Sequence record: QB031382.1
DNA from: a phage
Reading direction: 5' to 3' (one strand)
Length of the DNA: 64,000 nt
Below, piece by piece: positions 46,311 through 55,598 of the stretch. The position numbers and the translations under genes were made by a program. Each line of letters starts with the position of its first letter. The stretch's first letter is position 1. Below the pieces are notes generated by a model, which was given only the letters and a program-made list of their open reading frames with translations, searched no databases and was not told the origin of the DNA.

Positions 46311-47294
46311 TCAGATTATCTGAATCAGGGTGTTTTTCATCTCTTCTCGGGTACGGATGTTGTTACGATCACGAACAACAGATCCACAACCTTCGCAGCG
46401 GTAGGTTTTAAATGCACTCAGTTGAGTATACGCCAAAGCCTCTTCCTCGTGAAGGTGTTCTCCACCACAACGTGGGCAACGAACTTTTGACTCCTCATCT
46501 TGGTAGTACAACGACATGTTGGGGTGCTGCTTAGCAAACGGACGCGCCAGCAAATACAGACCTTCCAGAGACAAGATGTCCCCAACATTATACTCCCGCA
46601 TCTGTTTAAACGCCTCAAGATCACCATGAACACACTTGATCCACATTTCAAATGTGTGGGCAATTAGTTTCTGTCTGGCCAGTTGGAAGTATTTACATGC
46701 ATACTCTAACGTGTTTGCATTCAAACGGAATGCCTTTTTAATCATCTTGAGGGTGTCAACCTCTTTGTATGGGCTTGTTGGCGGCAAACCGTGAAATGCA
46801 AATCGTTGGTTGGCCCACCCACAGTCAAAACCAGAGTTGTGCGCTACTGCGATATCGCATTTATCCAGATAATACCACAAATCTTGAATCAGTTCAAGAT
46901 CGTTGTGGATATCCTCGTCCCACATTTTGTAATCAGGAAGAGCACAGTCAACCACGCTAGGACTGTCTAACCATTTACCTGCGAAAGTTAGCATATATGG
47001 CATAATTTCAATACCGCAGGTTTGAATGTTGGTCTTATAATGCCCAAAGAACCAGCCGTTTGTTGGAGATGTCTCTGTATCATACACCCAAACTTTGGCA
47101 CCTTTGTGTTCTTCAAGGAAGCGCTCCGTTGCCTCTCCTACAATCTCTGACATATTCTCTTGTGCACGTTTAAGCTGTAGTCGGATCCAGCTCTCACGTG
47201 ACTCACGACCTAAAAATTCACGAGCAATTTGTCTATTAGTGTATCCCTGTTGCTTCAGTGTTAAAATTTGCTCAAGAGTTAACTTTGTCATCAT
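46311..47294 (-). CDS. DEDD-type 3-prime-5-prime exonuclease with N-terminal HTH and C-terminal zinc ribbon
   Basis: VYDTETS (exo I), AHNSGFDCGW (exo II), YNVGD (exo III), CPRCGG...CEGCG. Confidence 0.55.
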   Translation of the reverse strand: MMTKLTLEQILTLKQQGYTNRQIAREFLGRESRESWIRLQLKRAQENMSEIVGEATERFLEEHKGAKVWVYDTETSPTNGWFFGHYKTNIQTCGIEIMPYMLTFAGKWLDSPSVVDCALPDYKMWDEDIHNDLELIQDLWYYLDKCDIAVAHNSGFDCGWANQRFAFHGLPPTSPYKEVDTLKMIKKAFRLNANTLEYACKYFQLARQKLIAHTFEMWIKCVHGDLEAFKQMREYNVGDILSLEGLYLLARPFAKQHPNMSLYYQDEESKVRCPRCGGEHLHEEEALAYTQLSAFKTYRCEGCGSVVRDRNNIRTREEMKNTLIQII

Positions 47295-47306
47295 CGTTAA
47301 GATTCC

Positions 47307-47528
47307 TTAGTAAAACTGAAGAATGTCTTTTAAAGCGAAGTCACGATATTCGCCCTTGTCTACATCAAATGCATGCATCAACCACTGCTCTTCTTTATGA
47401 TACTCTGTAGAGCCAAACCATAAATTGGGCTCAGTAACGCAGCGATCTGCAACAACACCTTTCCAGTTACGGTATTTCATCCTGATCAGGACTGAATCGC
47501 AAGGATTGAATACCTTTTTCATCCCCAT
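47307..47528 (-). CDS. hypothetical protein
   Basis: Track ORF. Confidence 0.45.
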   Translation of the reverse strand: MGMKKVFNPCDSVLIRMKYRNWKGVVADRCVTEPNLWFGSTEYHKEEQWLMHAFDVDKGEYRDFALKDILQFY

Positions 47529-48072
47529 AGAAATCTCTCTCCTCAGTTTTCTTTATAAACTCCTGCATGTAGGCCTCAATAGCCTCATGCTTGGTGTACT
47601 CTGAATTAATGACAAGATCAAGATCCGATTCTGCCCGTGCAATAATCGTAGCTTTAGAGCATCTCCTCAAGAACTTTGTCATATCGTCCCTGTAGTTTTT
47701 GTGGAGCGGGAAGTCGCTGTAGTCTTTCTCCAGATAGTCAGCCATCCGGCGCAACGCCTCTGATAAACTGCAATCTGTGTACTCGTTACAGTATTTCATC
47801 CAGTATTTAAGCACATACCCCTCGAAGGTATTAGTGCATTGGGACAAAACACCCCTGCAACGACCAGTCAGATGATCATGATCTAAACAAGGCTTACGAA
47901 GTGGTTCACACAAGATCGGATCAAGACCATCCTGCTCTTCTGACAATTCTTTTCGAAAGTTGGCTATGTCCTTAGAATCTTTTAGCCACCCGCTATGAAC
48001 GGGGGCTTTGACAGCTTTCTTTCTTATTTTACGCTTTGCGATAATCCCTCCAGATGCGCCCTGCCTATCCAA
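47467..48072 (-). CDS. endonuclease VII-like nuclease
   Basis: CLDHDHLTGRCRGVLSQCTN matches the T4 endonuclease VII HLDHDH...RGLLC..CN zinc/active-site region. Confidence 0.6.
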   Translation of the reverse strand: MDRQGASGGIIAKRKIRKKAVKAPVHSGWLKDSKDIANFRKELSEEQDGLDPILCEPLRKPCLDHDHLTGRCRGVLSQCTNTFEGYVLKYWMKYCNEYTDCSLSEALRRMADYLEKDYSDFPLHKNYRDDMTKFLRRCSKATIIARAESDLDLVINSEYTKHEAIEAYMQEFIKKTEERDFYGDEKGIQSLRFSPDQDEIP

Positions 48073-48653
48073 TAAGCATCTGCGAGATCGGCCTTACCTT
48101 GTACCAAATTGATCCCATCTAGGAACCCAGGTTCAGATACTTCGCAGGCCTTAACCATCAACTTTTTATCCATTGTAACAGGTTTCTTCACAGTATGCTC
48201 TTTACCTGTCTTTTTGTCAAGCTTTTTCTTCTCCTCGAAAGCAAGTTCCTCAGGAAGATGACTACGAGCAAACTTTTTGGCAGTTGTTGGTGTCACTGTG
48301 TGGACCTTAAACAGGCCGTCATTTTCACAATCAGCTAAGGCATCCCAAAGCATAACTTCAAGACCGTAAAACAACCCAGCCAGTTCACGTGTGGCATCAC
48401 CGCGTGATCCAAAGGAAAGCCCTTCCATAACTACGGTGTCAACGCCGTGCGTGTGGATATAATATCTGACCTGTTTGCAGATCCAGTCAATACGCTCAGC
48501 AGCTGTTGCAAAAGAAACCGTCCCTGGTTTCTTCTCTTTTGCAGATGAGCTTTGAGTTCGTAACACAACCTTATGAACAGGCTTTCCATCGTCCCATACA
48601 ACGCAAGCTGTGTGTGTCAACGACTGGTCTATGGATAATAGACGCTCTCTCAT
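48024..48653 (-). CDS. RuvC-like resolvase candidate
   Basis: SIDQSLTHT, VVMEGLSFG and ADAYWIG resemble RNase H-fold resolvase acidic motifs. Confidence 0.45.
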   Translation of the reverse strand: MRERLLSIDQSLTHTACVVWDDGKPVHKVVLRTQSSSAKEKKPGTVSFATAAERIDWICKQVRYYIHTHGVDTVVMEGLSFGSRGDATRELAGLFYGLEVMLWDALADCENDGLFKVHTVTPTTAKKFARSHLPEELAFEEKKKLDKKTGKEHTVKKPVTMDKKLMVKACEVSEPGFLDGINLVQGKADLADAYWIGRAHLEGLSQSVK

Positions 48654-48985
48654 GCTTCCTCATCCCCCTCTCCTTCATCAGGAGCATAAGCCTTATCTTT
48701 GAACAAGACGAGAGAGCAAAGCTTAACATCTGTTTCCACACTGGTGAACATGCATAACCGCTCGCCCTCAATCAGCTCACAATCCTCTTTTAAAACAGCA
48801 GACCATACACGGTCATCTGCGTAATCATCCGTGTACAGGATGTATGAAATGGTGTCATCTTCATACAACCGCCACATACCTGTGGCAACAACGAATGTGT
48901 TTTTTGTTTTAAGTGTCCCTGTTGTATGATCATCCTCAAAAACAGCTTCCATAATTGCGTTATCTACAGCATTTTTAGTCATCAA
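48650..48985 (-). CDS. hypothetical protein
   Basis: Track ORF. Confidence 0.5.
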   Translation of the reverse strand: MMTKNAVDNAIMEAVFEDDHTTGTLKTKNTFVVATGMWRLYEDDTISYILYTDDYADDRVWSAVLKEDCELIEGERLCMFTSVETDVKLCSLVLFKDKAYAPDEGEGDEEA

Positions 48986-50121
48986 ATTGCTCCAACATTT
49001 CTAAGAACGTTAACAAGTTTTGTTTGATCATTGAATGTTCGCTTCATATACAAACAGTCAAAAATTATACTCATCCATTGACCTACGGAAATTCTGCGAT
49101 CAATACCATTGAAGTCAGTATACTTAACAACACCTTTCGGGAACCACTTCTTGTACTGATCAATAATAGCCACCCACATCTCCTTTGGAGTGCTGCACTG
49201 AGACAGTAGGTAGAATGCTGAGGCATCCCCGAACTTACCCTTACCGATAAGTCCTTGATACGGCTTGATATTGTCAGCAGAGTCACCACACAGCATTTGG
49301 TATCCGAAGAACAGCATCCCGTAACCACCAACCTCTCCATTAGGCTTCATGAAGATGTTCCCCATACCGTTGTCGATCAGCATAGGGGTTTCCCTTACAA
49401 AATCTCCCTTATCGTTTCGCATGGGATCGAACACAAGCCCCGGTAGTGTTCTTTGGTCCTTATCAATAGAGATAATAAACTTGTTGAACTTACCTGTTTT
49501 TTGGTAGTGGTTCCAACCTTCAAATTGCTGGATAGCTAACCAGTCGTCAGCCTCGATACCGTTGATCACTTGAGCATTATACTGCTTTTGGAGATACTGT
49601 CTTGCATCTCCAAGCAGCAGTGGTCGAAGAGTATTGTTACGGTTGGCTTTATATCTTTCCGGCATGGGAAGATCTAGTCTGAAATTACCTGTGCCTCCAA
49701 GTACCCCCACGCACCGATCTTCCGGAATACCGAGATAATTAAGGACTGCATTAGCTTTACACTTAATTGTGTGCAAGCAGTTCTCTACAGGATCAGGGGT
49801 TTGGATATCCAAGACATCGAAATCTTCTCGTGTCCACGGAATAAACTCCTTGCCAGCCTTTTTACATGCAGCTTCACGGTTGGTATTCTCAGCTTTTAAC
49901 CAACCACCAACGGTGTTCTTCTGCCTCCCCCAGAACTCTGTTCGTGTTTTAAACATCTTCTTACGTCCGGAGGCTTTGTGTGTTACCTCAATTGTCCTTT
50001 TTTCACAACTTGCTGCAGCTTGATATGCAACCTGATCGAAGTCATAATAAACTATAGCGTCAGGTTCAAGAAGATCAGCCAGACAATCTATGGACTCAAT
50101 AAGTGGATATTCTCTACTCAA
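48982..50121 (-). CDS. FEN-family 5-prime-3-prime exonuclease / flap endonuclease
   Basis: GIEADDWLA, ISIDKD and LCGDSADNIKPYQGLIGKGKF parallel T5 D15 exonuclease motifs; TTG start after AGGAGGG. Confidence 0.65.
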   Translation of the reverse strand: MSREYPLIESIDCLADLLEPDAIVYYDFDQVAYQAAASCEKRTIEVTHKASGRKKMFKTRTEFWGRQKNTVGGWLKAENTNREAACKKAGKEFIPWTREDFDVLDIQTPDPVENCLHTIKCKANAVLNYLGIPEDRCVGVLGGTGNFRLDLPMPERYKANRNNTLRPLLLGDARQYLQKQYNAQVINGIEADDWLAIQQFEGWNHYQKTGKFNKFIISIDKDQRTLPGLVFDPMRNDKGDFVRETPMLIDNGMGNIFMKPNGEVGGYGMLFFGYQMLCGDSADNIKPYQGLIGKGKFGDASAFYLLSQCSTPKEMWVAIIDQYKKWFPKGVVKYTDFNGIDRRISVGQWMSIIFDCLYMKRTFNDQTKLVNVLRNVGAI

Positions 50122-50136
50122 AGACCCTCCTGTTAG

Positions 50137-50421
50137 TTATTCTGCAAGATGGTTGGATGCTGTAATGGAATGCATCATCACTCTCTGCAATAAGTGACTC
50201 AACATCCCAATACTTTTCAAAAAGGAACGGATTAGACCCCAGTGGTGGGTTATTTTCATCAAGGAGTCTGGTATCAGATAGCCACAGATCTTAATTACAT
50301 CGCCAGGTTGAATTGTATTTTCATGAAGGTTGCTTGCCTTCTTCAGGATCATACCTTTATGATTCTCGTTTGCATACAACTGGACAATATCTTTATCTTC
50401 AACAATAAAAATTTTAAGCAT
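50137..50421 (-). CDS. hypothetical protein
   Basis: Track ORF; RBS AGGAGA. Confidence 0.45.
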   Translation of the reverse strand: MLKIFIVEDKDIVQLYANENHKGMILKKASNLHENTIQPGDVIKICGYLIPDSLMKITHHWGLIRSFLKSIGMLSHLLQRVMMHSITASNHLAE

Positions 50422-50480
50422 ACCTAGTTCTCCTGGTTTATAAATATCTGACTGATAATATCAGATTAATAACACTTTTG

Positions 50481-50777
50481 TCAAGACTTTTTAGTCTTCC
50501 TTGGAGAGCTTTTTGTTGATCTTTTCCTTTTGTGGTAGATTCCAAGTGCAGCGTTTTCTTGGGCGCACGTTTTAACAGTTCTCAGACAAGAGCTTTCAGC
50601 TTTAGGCAGGTTTAGCTCCCACCAACCAAGCCAGTAAAGTTCTGATTCAGACAACTGCTCTGATTCAGCCTTTCTATACAATGATTGCATACCTCTAATA
50701 ATGTCGTCCAGAGGTGTATCGAATACAAAAGCTGTCTTATCAAATTTCTCTTTTACAGGTTTCTTAGCCACACTCAC
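50481..50777 (-). CDS. hypothetical basic protein
   Basis: Track ORF. Confidence 0.45.
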   Translation of the reverse strand: MSVAKKPVKEKFDKTAFVFDTPLDDIIRGMQSLYRKAESEQLSESELYWLGWWELNLPKAESSCLRTVKTCAQENAALGIYHKRKRSTKSSPRKTKKS

Positions 50778-51666
50778 CTCTCACACAATCATCCACTGAC
50801 TTAATGAACTCTTGCACCCAAAGTGCCCCTATTTGCGGAACTATAGCGTTACCGAAGCCTTTGTGGCGAGACAATCCCATTGGGGTGGATAGCCCATCAA
50901 CCAACAAGGGAATGCCGGGTTCAGGAAGTTTACGCCATTTTCCGTCTCGGCATAGACACTGTCCTGTATGCTCCCACACCCGTAATACATCCTCACCTGC
51001 TCCCACAGATTCCCAGGACTTAATGACTTCCTGCCAGTTGCTAAGCGTTGTTGCTTGCGCCTCTCCATCGCCTCCTGAGATCTGCACCCTACCTGAGTTA
51101 CCGTAGGGGTTAACCATGTTGCTAACTGCCCCGAAGTAAAGTCGTTCGCGGCGGTGCGGGGCGTTGAGGATTGCAGCATTAAGTATGGAAGCCCCGAAGC
51201 TGTAACCAGCGTTTTCCATTTCATCCTGCATATCGTCGAGCCATCCAGATTCAGTCGCTTTTGCAACCTGCTCTCCAAACATGAACTCAGGTCTAAGCTG
51301 TTTAACGATCCGGAGGTATGTTGGTGCGAGATGTCTTGGGTCAAATTTTCCACGTTGCTTACCTGCCTGAGAGAAAGGTTGGCAGCACGGAGATCCTGTG
51401 CATACCGACCAAGTTTCTGGAATGCCAGCAAGTTTCAAGGCCAAAGGCCATCCACCTATGCCAGCGAAGAAGTGCCACTGTGTGAAACCTTTAAGATCTT
51501 CTACAGTAACCTCTGTGATAGAACGATCATCAACCTCGCCTTGAGGAAGTAGCCCTAAAGATATTAGGTTCTTCAACCAAGCAACGGCATCTTTATCATT
51601 ATCGTTATAGTATACCACACTCAACTCTCCAAATACTGATGTATCCAAGAAAAGTCTGTTTCCCAT
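50764..51666 (-). CDS. DNA cytosine-5 methyltransferase-like
   Basis: HFFAGIGG (motif I), SPCCQPFSQAG (motif IV PCQ), HRRERLYF (motif VIII), GNAIVPQ (motif X); unusually short I-IV spacing. Confidence 0.55.
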   Translation of the reverse strand: MGNRLFLDTSVFGELSVVYYNDNDKDAVAWLKNLISLGLLPQGEVDDRSITEVTVEDLKGFTQWHFFAGIGGWPLALKLAGIPETWSVCTGSPCCQPFSQAGKQRGKFDPRHLAPTYLRIVKQLRPEFMFGEQVAKATESGWLDDMQDEMENAGYSFGASILNAAILNAPHRRERLYFGAVSNMVNPYGNSGRVQISGGDGEAQATTLSNWQEVIKSWESVGAGEDVLRVWEHTGQCLCRDGKWRKLPEPGIPLLVDGLSTPMGLSRHKGFGNAIVPQIGALWVQEFIKSVDDCVRGECG

Positions 51667-52085
51667 TCTGGAACCTTGCTGAGCTCACGCCACTCTGCAA
51701 AGCAGTCTCGGTAATAAGCCTCTGCCATACCTTTAGTGATCTTATTCACCTTAGCCAACTGATTAACTGCCTGAGCATACTTTCCACGGATATTTGCTAA
51801 CCCAGGATGCACCGATGTGTGACAATCTGGGCACAACGCTATCAGTCCGACAAGCCGGATCACCCCCTCTTCGAAGGTGTAAAGTTCATGACACTCCACA
51901 GGGTGTTTGCTACCTTTGCCGCCGCACACCTCGCAAGTGTAGTTGGCCTCTCTGTAGCACTTCTTACGGATCTTATCCCACTCACTCTTCTTCACAGCGT
52001 TTCGGAGGTTATTATACCAAGCTGTTTCTGGGATCAGTTGCACAATAAGCCTGCGTTCAGACTTCATTAAACGTCCGTCTTCCAC
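51621..52085 (-). CDS. HNH endonuclease
   Basis: CEVCGG...H...CPDCHTSVH zinc-finger HNH pattern. Confidence 0.55.
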   Translation of the reverse strand: MEDGRLMKSERRLIVQLIPETAWYNNLRNAVKKSEWDKIRKKCYREANYTCEVCGGKGSKHPVECHELYTFEEGVIRLVGLIALCPDCHTSVHPGLANIRGKYAQAVNQLAKVNKITKGMAEAYYRDCFAEWRELSKVPEWETDFSWIHQYLES

Positions 52086-52094
52086 GTATCCTCC

Positions 52095-52301
52095 TCATTC
52101 AAAGAAATGGGTGCGAGGGCAGGAACCTGCCTCACCTTGTTTCACAAGCTCATATAGCTCACCTTGGCTTGTCTCATAAAGGCAAATACGTTTACCATTG
52201 TCCCGATATACATCTACAAGGTACGCTGTCTCACCTGCAAACACGACACCACAGACAAGGCATGCTGCCATGAACAAAATTGCCAACAGAAAATCTTTCA
52301 T
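52095..52301 (-). CDS. small secreted/lipoprotein candidate
   Basis: N-terminal signal-like LLAILFMAACLVCG with possible lipobox. Confidence 0.4.
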   Translation of the reverse strand: MKDFLLAILFMAACLVCGVVFAGETAYLVDVYRDNGKRICLYETSQGELYELVKQGEAGSCPRTHFFE

Positions 52302-52364
52302 GGTTAAACCCTCCTGAACATTCTATGAGGCAACAATACCACATCCGTGTGGTTATGTCAATGA

Positions 52365-52835
52365 TTAATCCAGGACAACGCCGCCTGACTTTTTAAACAC
52401 CTCGATCAACTTTTCGATCTTCTGTTCGTGCTGACCGTACCCTGCACCTGGGAGGCTTGCCCATCGGGATCTGCAAAGATGGATGGCCTGGTGAATACGA
52501 CCTTCATCAATATTATCGAGCGCCTTACACTCACGGATCAGTTGCAACGCAATCTTGTCCTGACTGGTAGGGCCAAAATCTGGTAATCCTAACTGTTTCA
52601 TATAGTGTTTAGCAAACTTCTCCAGAATCTGGTAACGCCCAGCAGCAGAGGAGGTAAGTTTAGCATTTAGTTTAACGTAAACACCTGGATGCTTACTGTA
52701 ATCGCTAAACAGCTTGCCCCCGACTATGACATCGTAGCCCCGATCCTTGGTAGGTTGTCTACCATTATCTGTACCTTCTGAATATGCGATCATATCCAAG
52801 AAAGCTTTTCGTTGAACATTTTTATCAAGTTTCAT
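52365..52835 (-). CDS. endolysin, lambda R-like lytic transglycosylase
   Basis: QRKAFLDMIAYSEGTDNGRQ...GYDVIVGG...WASLPGAGYGQ is nearly collinear with phage lambda R. Confidence 0.85.
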   Translation of the reverse strand: MKLDKNVQRKAFLDMIAYSEGTDNGRQPTKDRGYDVIVGGKLFSDYSKHPGVYVKLNAKLTSSAAGRYQILEKFAKHYMKQLGLPDFGPTSQDKIALQLIRECKALDNIDEGRIHQAIHLCRSRWASLPGAGYGQHEQKIEKLIEVFKKSGGVVLD

Positions 52836-52959
52836 TTTTCATACTCTCCAGTTTACTCATAACTAACCAGATCAACAACACTGCATAATGTGGTTATGTA
52901 GGTGCCAATTGAAAAACCATCATTCAATTGGCTACCGTTATCTACTAAACATCTCTACA

Positions 52960-54243
52960 TTATTCCAGCACCTCCCAAGTGTCTGGATTAACATTTCGGA
53001 CGCAGATACCGACAGGGAATTGGTAGTTGTTGTCTTCTGTCCTTGCTTGATATTTGAAGGTGACAAACTTGCCGATCATTTCCTGCATCCTGTCATAGCT
53101 ACGCTCCTCGTGCGTACCTTTCATCTTCATTTTAACAACAATACCTTCCTTGTCAACACAGATAAGAACACCTTCATCATTCTTATCTTTCTCAACGTCA
53201 ATAACTTTCACCTCTGCGTCGTTGAACTTTTTCCATTTCAATGCTTCAGATGTTCGCTGACCATACTCATATTTACCACAGAAGTTACGCATGATAGTAC
53301 CTTCATACCCTTCGGACATGAATACACCAACAGACTCTTCGCAATGATCAACTGTGTACGCAATCTCTGCGTCAACAACCTTGATATGGTCAAGCATCAG
53401 AGTGGTAATGGTATCTTCTGCATCCATAAGATCCTTGCAGCGTCCAGACTCTGTTTCTGGATCCCACCACACCTTGTCACTAGGGATATCAAAAATGTGA
53501 TACTCTAGATCATAGCTGCAGTACCCTCCGTAACGCAAATCATCACGAACAGGCTCAACATCGACAGGAATATCTACCTTATTGAAGTTTTTGTATGTTG
53601 ATAAGCCTGCCTTAATTGCGGCATGACGGCGTTTTTTATCTGCCTCGTAGTCTTTATCGATCTCGGCCTGAATCTCTTCCTGTGTGCGCCACCGTTTAGC
53701 AAGAGACACTATTTTCTGCAGAGGCAGGCCATGAATATAGATCTCTCCGTCGAGCTGTTTAATCCCGGTGGTGAAGTGGAAAGAACGAAGTTGCTCCAGA
53801 AGCTTTCCTTGAATAGGGTAGGACTTATTACCACGGGAAATAAATTTAGGCTCACCATTTTGGAAAACAACAAGTAGACGAAGGCCATCTAACTTACGCA
53901 AGATCCAGCAAGGTAATTTAAGTGCCTTTCCACGCTTCAGGTAGTCATGCACCAGCATGGGTAAAAGGTCAACACCCTGCTCGCAATCTTCCATATTTTC
54001 AACATACCCCAGACGGACTTGTTTTTCCCACTTACTGATCGCTTCCAGCTCAGCCTGTTGCTCAGCTGTAGTTTCATTGGCACGACCAACGTTCTTAGGT
54101 GTGCAGATCGTCTCTTTGTATTGCAGTTTACCATCAAGCTTGCCAAACTCTACGATAACCTTATCACCATCCGTGAATACTTTCCACTGTTGGTAGCTGC
54201 CATCTTTGTTCAGTACGTACAGTGTTGTTTTGATCTGATGCAT
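52960..54243 (-). CDS. ATP-dependent DNA ligase
   Basis: Motif I KLDGLR, motif III DGEIYIHG, motif IV EGTIMRN, motif V LKWKK. Confidence 0.8.
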   Translation of the reverse strand: MHQIKTTLYVLNKDGSYQQWKVFTDGDKVIVEFGKLDGKLQYKETICTPKNVGRANETTAEQQAELEAISKWEKQVRLGYVENMEDCEQGVDLLPMLVHDYLKRGKALKLPCWILRKLDGLRLLVVFQNGEPKFISRGNKSYPIQGKLLEQLRSFHFTTGIKQLDGEIYIHGLPLQKIVSLAKRWRTQEEIQAEIDKDYEADKKRRHAAIKAGLSTYKNFNKVDIPVDVEPVRDDLRYGGYCSYDLEYHIFDIPSDKVWWDPETESGRCKDLMDAEDTITTLMLDHIKVVDAEIAYTVDHCEESVGVFMSEGYEGTIMRNFCGKYEYGQRTSEALKWKKFNDAEVKVIDVEKDKNDEGVLICVDKEGIVVKMKMKGTHEERSYDRMQEMIGKFVTFKYQARTEDNNYQFPVGICVRNVNPDTWEVLE

Positions 54244-54512
54244 TACTCAGCCTCTTCCTTAAAAATTTTAAACATCTCTTCTTTGCTCATTACCAACCAG
54301 TCTCCCATAAAGTCAACTAACCAATCCCCTTGGTACAAGACAAGGTTACCAAACGGCTCGACAAGCTCACACATGCGAAGAATATCTCTGGTTCGAACAG
54401 GTGACGATGTAAACACACCTGTATCAATCCACCGTTGCAGATCAGATACTGATGAAGAGCTTCCGTCAAACTGGTGTGCTTCTACAGGTTTAGCAAGATT
54501 AAATAACGGCAT
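54243..54512 (-). CDS. hypothetical protein
   Basis: Track ORF. Confidence 0.5.
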   Translation of the reverse strand: MPLFNLAKPVEAHQFDGSSSSVSDLQRWIDTGVFTSSPVRTRDILRMCELVEPFGNLVLYQGDWLVDFMGDWLVMSKEEMFKIFKEEAE

Positions 54513-54807
54513 TGCAGTCCTCCTTCTCTAATAGGTCTTTTATCGGGTAAACAAGTAGGTGCGGATCGTAATAACTTATAGTTCTATTCTGCCACACTAT
54601 GAACTTAATTACAACTAAATTTACTACATCCTTATCCCCATGTAGTCCAACACACAAATTTGTCCATATCTTGTGGTTGAATACTTTACTGTCGATGTAG
54701 ATTTTAGTGTCAAACTTATCCTCTATCCTGCCTATTAGTTTAACCAATTCTTTCATCTGATCTCCAAACACAGCATCATTTTCAAGATCTCTGGAGTGCT
54801 TGTACAT
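54499..54807 (-). CDS. hypothetical protein
   Basis: Track ORF. Confidence 0.5.
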   Translation of the reverse strand: MYKHSRDLENDAVFGDQMKELVKLIGRIEDKFDTKIYIDSKVFNHKIWTNLCVGLHGDKDVVNLVVIKFIVWQNRTISYYDPHLLVYPIKDLLEKEDCNAVI

Positions 54808-54870
54808 AACTATCTACCTCACTTGCATACTTTCCACAACAAGTAAAGCCGGGATCGCCCGGCTATGTTG

Positions 54871-55584
54871 TTAAATATACTCTGTTACATCCTTGAAGCT
54901 TGAAGGCTTCATGATCTTGCCTTTACTGTCAAGGAATATGATAACTTTATTACCGTTGTAGAATTCCTCTTTAGCAACAAAACCTTCATAGCGACCATCA
55001 AAGCGTCGCTCAAGATCTTTAATCTCCAACTCGATGAGTTGTTCAGCAGGCATATCTGCACTGGCACCGTGTGAATACCGCAGATGGTTGACCCGTGCAA
55101 ACTTGCTGTCATTAGATTTTAGAACCTTCCGCATCATCCCGCACACATCACCGCGAAGCTGGAACAGTAAAGCCGTTGACAGCTCTACTAAGCGGTAAGC
55201 AGACGCTCTTTGCTTAGAGGTATTTTTCGCAGCGATCAGTGTATCATAAAATTCACCGATCTTAAACTTAAGACCTCGCGGGTTATCAAACAGGTTTGAC
55301 CACTTTTCATGGTTATCGTTAACAAGATAAGCGGCATAACTTGTGACAACGTGAAGATCGCAGGCCTCTTTTAGGAGATGATCCCCACCATCACCTTTCT
55401 CCAACTCTTCCAAAACTTCATTGAACTCTTCCTCAATGAAACTCAGCTGAAGTTCGAATGGTGTGTATGATTTTTTCACTTTAGCTGCTACACGGTTCCA
55501 ATTTTCCACCCAGTTGGCAGACCAAAGGTAGTTTTCAGGCTGAGACAGTTTTTCCAGGTTGTCGATCAGTTTAGTATTCAGCAT
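54871..55584 (-). CDS. hypothetical protein, possible MazG-like NTP pyrophosphohydrolase
   Basis: Glu-rich helix SFIEEEFNEVLEELEKGDGGDHLLKE; weak call. Confidence 0.3.
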   Translation of the reverse strand: MLNTKLIDNLEKLSQPENYLWSANWVENWNRVAAKVKKSYTPFELQLSFIEEEFNEVLEELEKGDGGDHLLKEACDLHVVTSYAAYLVNDNHEKWSNLFDNPRGLKFKIGEFYDTLIAAKNTSKQRASAYRLVELSTALLFQLRGDVCGMMRKVLKSNDSKFARVNHLRYSHGASADMPAEQLIELEIKDLERRFDGRYEGFVAKEEFYNGNKVIIFLDSKGKIMKPSSFKDVTEYI

Positions 55585-55598
55585 TAAAAGGCCTCCGC

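Noticed and set aside
50841-51431. 196-aa minus-strand ORF overlapping the C5-MTase gene in another frame
   Set aside because: The MTase frame carries the recognisable motifs I, IV, VIII and X; the alternative frame has none.
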